Part shown: positions 55,118 through 64,000 of the stretch, one piece after another
Numbering within the stretch: the stretch's first letter is position 1
How the letters are laid out: each line of letters opens with the position of its first letter
NCBI GenBank assembly: GCA_001662655.1
Contig: KV460210.1
DNA from: Pseudogymnoascus verrucosus
Taxonomy: Eukaryota
Strand: one strand, 5' to 3'
DNA: 64,000 nt
Made by a program: the position numbers and the translations under genes
The notes under the pieces: generated by a model
The model's input: only the letters and a program-made list of their open reading frames with translations
The model's database searches: none
What the model was told of the DNA's origin: nothing

Positions 55118-55199
55118 GAACAATAGTAAGGAGAGGAACAATACTAAGGGCGGGGCCAGCAGGGGGATAGGGGTCTAACAGGGGGAACAATACTAAGGG
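55118..55199 (+). promoter_or_regulatory. Three direct copies of GAACAATA(G/C)TAAGG, candidate HMG-box (MAT1-2-1) binding sites
   Basis: Copies start at 55118, 55136 and 55185, about 630-710 bp upstream of the pheromone-like ATG. AACAAT is the canonical sequence-specific HMG-box core. Confidence 0.55.
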
Positions 55200-55827
55200 G
55201 CTAAGCGACTTCCTCTCAACCACAACCACAACCACAGCAACTACAGCCCAACAACAAAAAAACCACTCCTGACGTCCAAAGCAAATGCACCAATGCGATC
55301 AATGATGCAGCCTGGCCCTTATTCGATAATCGAAGCGCCTCGATTGATTCTTCTGTTCCTTCTATTCCTTCTTTATCGAGGAACAGTCACATATTGCCTG
55401 TGACCTCGGACTTGTCGTTTATTGCAACGACTGTTCAGTTCCAGCCCGCTCACTCCGTTCATGATGCTTTCACGGTAAGTCCTCCTGACCTCTCTTCCCC
55501 CACCCTCACTTGCTCTCTCCATTCATTGCAGAACCGTCTGTCATATCTCCTTCTTTCAAGTCTTAAGCATGGGCCCCTTTCACCGTGCCGTCCCTTTCCA
55601 ATACTGTTCAAGCCTGAACGGTCGGAGGAATGCAGTCTCCATACCCCTCGCCGCTACCTGGCTATCTCGAAGTCGAGTATAAGTATCCCTCGACGATCCG
55701 CCCCTTCCTCCTCTATTTTTCTTCACCATTACAAACACATCAGCTTTCCACAGACAATCAAATCAAACCAAACACTTGCCTCTCTCCAAATACATCTTTA
55801 TCATCCTCCCCCAACAAATCAATCAAC

Positions 55828-55986
55828 ATGGGTCCCTCCGCCATCTCCCGTCAGCGTCAAGGCAAGAAGGCCAATGAGTCCTACGGTGCCGGCTGCGTTG
55901 TTCAGAAGGCTAATGAGTCTTACGGTGCTGGCTGCGTCGTTCAGAAGGCCAACGAGTCCTACGGCGCGGGATGCATGGTTATGTAA
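55828..55986 (+). CDS. Lipopeptide (a-class / hybrid-type) mating pheromone precursor with three CaaX-terminated repeats, 52 aa
   Basis: MGPSAISRQRQGKK-ANESYGAGCVVQK-ANESYGAGCVVQK-ANESYGAGCMVM*. Terminal CaaX, good start context (CAACATGG), synonymous differences between the 39-bp repeats, and adjacent to cyanase. Confidence 0.88.
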   Translation: MGPSAISRQRQGKKANESYGAGCVVQKANESYGAGCVVQKANESYGAGCMVM

Positions 55987-56653
55987 ATAACCTACCTACC
56001 CTCACCAACCCCGCCATCATCTCGTCACTCTCAGTTCCATCCGAGCAAGCAGCTGCAGCAAATACTCGACCGAAACCAGCAGCTTGTCTCTACAATTTGC
56101 GAGCATGGCGCCTCTCTCAAACTACGCAGGATGCCAGGGCCTCGATCTCGATTTCTCTCTATCCACCGACGGGCTCTGATGGCGGGTGTGCCTGGCCGGC
56201 AATCAGTTTTGTACCAATCGTGTGCGATAAGTTTGGATATTATCCATGACAGACCTACTTTCACTACACTCTTTTGAGCCCATCATCAACGGCATCGACA
56301 GGCACATCAACGACGCGCTCCGCAGCTCCCACGCCCGTCAGAGGGTTTGGAGGGCCGTTTGTTTCTCAATCAATCTGTCTGTTGGTTATGGGACGGGGAT
56401 TTCTTTTTGGATATTTTTGGAATTAGTTCACAAAAAACAAATGGGGGCTTAATGCTAGGAGTCAGGAACTCGCCCTTGAGTGGATTAGTTGCGGGGATTG
56501 GGTGGTTCTCTGCCTTTTATAATATAGCAATCAATATGCTGGTCTCTGTCATTTGAAAAGTCTTCATTTATTACTGCTACTGTACCCGTGAGAAAAAATA
56601 GGATACATGTGAAAGCGTAGTCTTCTCATTAACAGCATAACCCTCCTCCCAAT

Positions 56654-57284
56654 TTAAAACCTGGAGAACGGCAACCTATAACAAAATAAATTAGTAAACC
56701 CATCCTCTCGTCCCAAAAAACACATGAACACCAGGGCAAAACTTACCACTTCCCCTTCAACGTAATAATCGCCCACGCATTCCCACTCTCATCAACCTCC
56801 TTATCAACCTTCGTCTCAAACGCAATAGCACTCATAATCCCATCCCCAAACTTCTCATTCAGCACCGCCTTATACGCATACCCATAATTCTGCACAATCT
56901 CATACAACCTATAAATCAGCGGTTCCACGGGCGGCATCGGCCCCGCGCGTCCCCTATCCGGAAAGCCCAGCAACTGGCTCTCCAACGTCGGCAACGGGAT
57001 CCCGAGGAGGTTGGAAAGCTTCTCGACGTCCTCTTGCGAGGCGGCGGCTTGGCCGTAGAAGAGCGCTGCGACGGCGACTTCGCTGCGGCCGAGCTGCTTG
57101 GCGATGGCTTCGAAGGAGAGGGATTGGCCTGCTTTGGCGTCGAAGAGCATTTTGGAGGAGGGGGGGAGGCGGGACTCGAAGGATTTCTGGGGGGGAGGAG
57201 GGTGTTAGGGATTTCGGGGTCTGTTATGTGTGGTGTGGGTTGGGGTCTTACGTCGAGGACGGAGATGCGGCGTTCTTGGGCCAT
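56654..57284 (-). CDS. CYN1: Cyanate hydratase (cyanase), 3 exons
   Basis: [55 protein letters not shown] and ITLKGKW|LPFSRF*. Confidence 0.95.
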
Positions 57285-57899
57285 CGTTGCGGTTTGTATG
57301 TTCTCGAGTGAACTGAAAAATAGATTTGTATTTGGGTTTTGGATAGTATAAATCTTTTAAACTGACTGAACGAGGAAAGAATCAAGAAGTTATGGTTCTT
57401 GTAGAGTAGAGAAGTGGTGGTGATACAGTCGACCCAGGGTGTCATCAATCAATAATCACCTTACCCCGCCATCAAGCTGCGGGCGGAACCCCTCTGCACT
57501 GACACCCACGTCATAATGTGAGCAGATCCCCGCAGCTGGACCCCCAATCACCATTCAGCGAAACACACCGGGCGGAAGGCAGTTTTAGTCATAATCACAC
57601 GACCTCCACGGATTTTATTTATTGACTTGTTTGGTGAGGTAACGGCACAGGATTGTGTGCAGCGTATTGCGTACTGTCTGGACTGATTGGGGTGTGTGGG
57701 AATGTTGTGTGGGAATCAGTTTGTAGAATAGATGTAGACTGATAACAACTACGCATACATGTCACTTAAATAAGAACACATTTTTGTATACTCAATCCAT
57801 TGACTCGCATCCCATCTCATCATCAAGATTCTGGTTGCACGTCGAGGCATATCGTAGGCATGACAGCATCCCATCATCTCCCGCAGGCCATCAAAAAAA

Positions 57900-58100
57900 C
57901 CCGTGGGCAGGCAGGAGCTTTAAAGCTACCCAGCCTCTCTCCATCCAATATCCCCATCTATCATCACCTTGTACGCACCATCTCTTCCATCCCGCGGGCC
58001 GGAGCTTTAAAGCTACCATGCCCATGCCTGATCTGATATATCCATCTCAAAAAACTCTCTCCCCACGCGCAAATGCGGGAACAGCAGCTTTTAAGCCAAC
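57900..58100. repeat. Three spaced copies of a GGG-N-AGCTTTAAAGCT palindromic element
   Basis: AGCTTTAAAGCT at 57916 and 58003, with variant AGCTTTTAAGCC at 58086. Confidence 0.7.
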
Positions 58101-58424
58101 TATGCCCCGACTTACATACGAAAAACTTCGTAAAAACGTGAACGCCTGATGTTGATGTGCCGGTGGTTTGGTGGGGTTTGCTGACAAAGGAAATTACATG
58201 ACGGTGAATCTTTTTCGCTTATCGTGGGTCGCATCGCAAAAACTGTGCGAGGGGGTGAGGGGAAGTCCTCTCATCGAGGGCTTGGTGCTGTGTCGTGTGG
58301 GGAGTCGAATTTGTTATGTGCTGTGACTAAAGGGGTTTAGGAGATGCCGGTAAAATTAAGAGGAGTATGTTGGTGGTAAAGTAACCCAAGGCGCGAAGAT
58401 ATATTCGTGGATATGTAGCTGCAT

Positions 58425-60404
58425 TTACATATCCATGGAGTCTCCACCGTTGGCGAAGTTGAAACCACCAGATTGTCCCTGGGTGCCGAAGCCGAAGGTG
58501 CCGTTAGCGCCCTGTGCCTGTTGGGCAGCCTCATCATCGACGGCGTTGTCATCCTCGTCGGAGAAGTACTTCTCGATCATGTTGTATGCCTTCATGTAAA
58601 TCTCCTCGTTGGCGTTGGTCTGGCAGTCGTGGATCTTCTCCATGCCGTTGCACTCCTCAATGAAGAGAGCATATCTGTTGATGCTCTCTGGGCCCTCACC
58701 AGAGGACTCCTTGTCCATCTCTCCAACCTTGAGGATGTTCTCTAGGCCATCAAGGGCAACCTGGATGATCTTGTTGTCTGGGCAGGCCAGAAGGTCACAC
58801 AGTGGCTTAATGCAGCCCTGGGCGACAAGGTAGCGGATCTGCTCAGGCTTCTGGAGACCACCCGAGGTGGCGTTGGAAATGGCCCAGCATGCCTCCTTGC
58901 GAGTCTTAAGATCTCCGTTCGACAGGAGGTGGATGAGAGGTGGGATAATGTTGGCATCGATAACAGCCTGGATCTGGGTGGAGTTGCCAGCAGTCACGTT
59001 GGAGATGGTCCAGCAAGCCTCCTTGCGAATACCATCCTTGCTGGAGCTCAACAGCGACAGTAAGGCTGGAAGAGCACCGCAGTTGACAATGACCTGGGTC
59101 TGGACGTCATCGCCGGTAACAATGTTACCCACGGAGCGGAGAGCAGGAGTCTGGACGGAAGTGGATGCGTGCATCAGGAGCTCTACAAGGCGGCGTGGGA
59201 TACCGGCCTCGATAACTGCTTGAATCTTGTCGTTGGCTCCATCAGACAGGTATGAAACTGCCCAGCAGGCATCGATTAAGACCTCGTCATCGAGGGAGTA
59301 AACAAGCTTCGCCAAGACGGGGAGGGCGGGCAAAATCTACGACGGTTAGTATGATTTCACGGTTCTAAGAAGACTTTGTAAGTGACTTACAGTGTTCCAA
59401 TCTGGCTGGGGAGTCTTGCCACGGCAGAAGTTGCTCAAAGTCCAGGTGGCGTTGCGGAGCATGCTAAGCTTGCGGCTATCGCCAAGAAGAGACAAAAGAG
59501 GCTTGAGAGCGCCACAGCTCAAAACGTAATCACGGCACGAAGGGCTGTCACCAGCAATATTTCCCAACGCCCAAACGGCCTGCTCACGGACATCTGGCTC
59601 GTGGCTGGCAAGCAACTCAACGAATATCGGGACGGCACCAGCCTCAATGACGACTTGTGTCTGTTGTGCTGATCCAGAAGCAATGTTGGTCAAAGCCCAG
59701 GCAGCTTCGAACTGGACCAAGGTGTGAGGCGAACGAAGGAACTCGACAAAACGGCTAACGACACCGGTCTTGATAACTTCCTCGATAGGTGGGTTTCTCT
59801 CCTTTGAAAGGAGCTTTCTAAACTTAGTCGTAGCCTGGATTTGCTTATCGATTTGGTCGGACAGGACACCCTGTACCATTTGTGGGAGGTCCTCATTTAG
59901 CTATAATGACAAAGTATGTTAGCATATGTTTCCATAGTTCATCGTTGCTATAACATATATCGTCAAAGCTCTCGTACACCACATGGCCATGACCAAGCGT
60001 CGTGCACAGACAAGCGAAGTAAATCCCCACAGCGGGGCAAAATGCGAAAAGTAAACAAAACAGCAGAATAACTGCATTTTGCTTGCAATACTCGGCGGTC
60101 TTGTCGTCACAAATGACGGGATAACCATGGGGATATGAAGTAGAGGGAGAGATATGCGTTCACGTACCTGAGACTCCGTGGGAGCAGTATCATCGTCACT
60201 ATCAGGAGCAGCCCCTAACGATGCGCCCGGCCTGGATCCATCGGCGCTGGCAAGGCCTCTGCGCTTTGCAAGGTTCTCCTCACGCTTAGCTTTGCGAATC
60301 TCAACTTGCTGTTCCTCACGACGACGACGGAGCTCCTCAGGCTTGAAGGTACCCTTCGCCTTGAACTGCGTACGACGATGCTCTGGGATGTAGCGTTCAG
60401 ACAT
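58425..60404 (-). CDS. SRP1: Importin alpha (karyopherin alpha), 3 exons
   Basis: IBB domain [26 protein letters not shown] and ARM repeats ([42 protein letters not shown]). Confidence 0.96.
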
Positions 60405-60950
60405 AGCTGTAGTGTACTTGTGTGAGCCTTGTTCTAGACGTTGTCTGTAATGGCTCCACTCGGACGTTCGAAAGTCGTGGAGGTTCTGAAGTGTAGCGGG
60501 GTTGAAGGTGAAGTTGGAAGGTTGTGGTGTGGAGGAAGATGATTAGGTATTTCAGAATCAGAGACAAGAAGTTGCAGTTGGACGAACAAACAGGCGCCAA
60601 TACGGATGCGGTAACTGTCGTGCGGTTGAGCTCCCTAACACGTGAGTTGGTATCTTTCAATGGAAAATCGGATTATGTAAGCAGAACTCAATTAGGCCCG
60701 AGGCTTGGCAGTCGCGTCTCCCACCATTACAGCCGCGTCTCACTGTAATTTATATAAATTGCGACGTCAAGCTGCCCTTCATTTATGAAATTCAGCCGCC
60801 AGATTTGACTCGTATCACAGAGAGCAGGCAGCTCACAACCTCGAAATGCACAATATAACATACCAGGTCTAGTAATTCATTACTGCCGCGATCTGTCTGC
60901 GATACCGACCTCTTTCCCACGACTTCTCCTGCCACATTGGAGCCGCAGAG

Positions 60951-63385
60951 ATGACGGACACCATGGCAACTGAGCTATCTCCAACGATGGCTCTTCCAAA
61001 GGATTTCAAATCCATCCGGGAAATCTCTGATATGGACGCTATTTTTGTAGCAAAACAAAAGCCATTTGTCAACGTTGTTGGCTTGATCAGAGACTACCAG
61101 CCTCCGAGGCAGACTGGAGGCTCAGGTAGACAATCCTCCCTCTTTGCTGTACTGTAAATGAGCCTGAGACTTATAGATATGTAGATTGGAAAATGACCCT
61201 TACAATTGTCGACCAGTCTATCGAGGAATCATATGAGGTGGACATTATGAAGCTTAACGTTTTCTTACCTCGCCCAGACATGCCGGTCATTGCTGGTGTG
61301 GCACAGCCTGTCCTGATTAGGAGCTGTAGAGTAGGTCAACCCTTTTATTGAAATAACTGTAGCTTATTCAGTAGGTCCAAATACATTCAGGCGCTATCTC
61401 TTTGATTACGAACTTTCGTACCGAAATCCACGTATTTCCAGTGCAAACTCCAACAGACACGGCTCTTCCTCCGCCGACATCAAAACGTGGCAAGGTCAAC
61501 ATAGAAGAGGTCAGATACGTTGCTTGGCTACAAACTCATATTCAAAGAGGTGCATTCCCAGATTCCAGAGAATTCCAGGAAAGGGTAGTCCAAGCAACAA
61601 ATCTCAAGGTAAAATCTTGCGAGCTCAAGGATGCTCGGCCAGGGATGTTTGGTGACATCGTTGGGGAGGTTATCCACATGTTTGACGTTTCCGATCGAAC
61701 CACTGTGTATGTTACCGACTACACAAGCAATAAGAACTTCTACAACCACGTCATGCCAGGTGTTCACCCGATTTTTGAAGGGCGGGATGGAGATGATTTC
61801 GGGTATTCTAACTCAAAGATGATCCATAAGTCAAAGACGAATGAATGGAAGGGACCATACGGTAAAATGTCCATCCAACTTACAGCGTTTGATGAGCACA
61901 GCGAGCGATTCAGAGACTATGTAAAAGTCGGAAACTGGGTGAAACTGTTGAACGTTCATTTTGAGTTCCCCAAAACTGGTGGTCACCTGGAGGCGAAGCT
62001 TCGTACTGATCGACGTGCCCACCCAGGCAAGCTCCAAGTGGAAGTTCTTGCCCCTCCTGAGAATAAGGAAGATATGGATTATATGTGGAAAAACGCACTA
62101 CGCCGCAAAAGAGACTACCAAGAGACAGTCAAGAAGCAAAAGCGCGAGTTCGAACAAGAAATTGAAGAAGTCACCGGAAAGCGCAAGCGTGATGACGATG
62201 ATGAGCCCGTGAAGATGAACGGAAAGCTTCGGCGGAAGGAGAAGAGAAAGGCAATGCAAGAAAAACTTCAACATAAGTCTAAGATTGAGGCTGGCCAAGG
62301 AAAGCCCATCGCCGACACACCTGCAGAGGATAAAGCCGCATTGAATACTGCCGGTATGTTGTTAAGGGCGGATAAAATCGATTTTGCTGACTTTATAAGT
62401 GAGATGCCACAAGCAGACATCACCGGCCATTCCTCTGGCGCTTATACTCAACAACCGTCGCCGTGTACCCGCTAGCACAGCCGGTGGGAATGAAACATAT
62501 GCACCTTTTGTCAATGCCAACTATCGCGCCAACCTTCGCGTCACCGACTTCTTCCCTCACAAACTCGAAGATTTCTCAGTTGGTAGAAAGCCAAACGAAT
62601 TCGACTGTCTCTCTGACTTCGACCCTACGTCGGATGAAGAGGATGATATTAATACTGTCGGTAAAGACATTAGTGACTTTGTACTCCGTGATAACGACCA
62701 TCTACAGTGGAGTTGGCGATTCGCATTGCAAGTCGAAGATGCAAGTCCATCCGAAAGCCCAACAAAAGAGCGTGTTTGGGTTTTAATCGATAATGAGTCA
62801 GGTCAGTTTCTATTGACTGAAAATGCTGCGAATCTCCGCACGACGCCCGATGTTCTTGCTGCTGTGCGCGAGAGGCTCTTTGTGCTATGGGGCGACCTAG
62901 AGGAAAGGAAGGCCGCCTACCTGAACAGCGCCGAAGGAAAGATCCTTCTCCCGCGGTCACTGGAGTCATCCAGCTTGTCAAGAGATGTTTCGCCTCCTCC
63001 TAAGATCCCCCAAAAGCTTATATCTCGACCTGGAGAACAGCCACCAGATAGTGACGAAGAAATGCCTGATGACGAATCACCCCCCCAAAAAGCACCCGCC
63101 GAGCGAGATCCAAACTCATTGGAAAGTATTAGAAAGGCTACCCCTAAACAAGCAGCTACACGTCTTGCTGCGAAGCTGAGGGAAATTGGAGACCAGGCCC
63201 AAAATAAGCCATTTCCGGGATGCATTCGAGAGTATGGCATCAAAGTTAAGGTTGAAGAGCCGGCTTCGGATGAAGAAAATGAGGATGACGAAGATGACGA
63301 GGATCAAAGCCAGCGAACAGAAAAGCCTGTGGTAGCGACAAAGTGGGAAAGAAAGTTTGGGCTACATGGGACTATAATTGTATGA
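60951..63385 (+). CDS. POT1: POT1-like telomere single-stranded DNA-binding protein (OB folds), multi-exon
   Basis: First OB fold VNVVGLIRDYQPPRQTGGS|DWKMTLTIVDQS, second OB fold FGDIVGEV…VYVTDYTSN…GPYGKMSIQLTAFDEH, and C-terminal YRANLRVTDFFPHKLEDF, WRFALQVED, RLFVLWGDLEE and CIREYG. The start ATG (60951, 60963 or 60987) is uncertain. Confidence 0.82.
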
Positions 63386-64000
63386 ATTGTGCCTGGAAAT
63401 TCAACCCCATGATTTTGGATGATAAGGATCAGAATGGCAATTTGATACAGCATTAACGCCACATAATGTAAGGTTACAATTAATGGGAGACCTCCTTAGG
63501 GCAACCCCTACGCCCACAGCACTGCCGAATGGGTATCCCGCCTCATTTGGTACAAGGTAGACTGGACTGGGGGTCAAGAAAAGCAACTGGACCGCCGACC
63601 TCTAGTTCAACATCGGACTCAAACGGGGAGAAACAGCAGGACGTTGAGCAGCCTGAGAAACAACACAAGATCCAACTTGATGTACCTTAGTGCATACAAA
63701 TGGAAAGAGTCACCTCTGACCTTGGTCAATGATTTGGTAGACATTCTGGCATCTGGTGCAACGGCAGCCTTGGAACGGCGGCCTGCATCTGCATAAACTA
63801 CGATGGAGGGCTGAGCACCTCTAGGTTGGCGTATAGATATTATTGTATAGTATTATCCTAGATGAATCAAATCCCAATGCCATCATATATCATAATTTCA
63901 TCGAACTAACCTGCTAACTCTCTTCCTGCATAAAATCCACGATCGCCTTAATCCCCGCAGGACCCAGCCCACGCCAAGGATAACACACATAAACCCTATC

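Noticed and set aside
55394..55827. Longer ORFs (198 aa and 118 aa) overlapping the pheromone-like gene
   Set aside because: The 198-aa ORF begins at a non-ATG codon in another frame. The upstream extension of the 118-aa ORF is pyrimidine-rich leader-like sequence, and ATG 55828 has the better start context.
55828..55986. Dikaritin/KEP-type RiPP precursor
   Set aside because: No signal peptide, no KR sites between cores and no DUF3328/UstY gene nearby. The terminal CaaX and cyanase linkage favour a pheromone.

Overview
Gene-dense, intron-containing DNA from a filamentous ascomycete (Pezizomycotina, inferred from gene content and short introns with CTAAC/CTGAC branch points). About 24 protein-coding genes are supported. 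Housekeeping genes include a Pho2-like homeobox factor, external NADH dehydrogenase, HMT1-type ABC half-transporter, COX4, CDC48, cyanase, importin-alpha and a POT1-like protein. Four things stand out. (1) A 52-aa ORF at 55828-55986, beside cyanase, encodes three tandem ANESYGAGC cores each ending in a CaaX box, i.e. a multi-copy a-class/hybrid pheromone precursor, with three AACAAT HMG-type motifs upstream. (2) A six-gene putative catabolic cluster at 41.3-53.6 kb is built as three head-to-head pairs (DUF3500/FAD monooxygenase, MFS/C2H2 regulator, small unknown protein/FAH hydrolase). (3) An atypical intron-containing tRNA-like Pol III gene sits inside that cluster. (4) An intronless LanC-like gene is bracketed by two related satellite arrays and a hydrolase relic. 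All calls and splice sites were read by eye; no searches were run.
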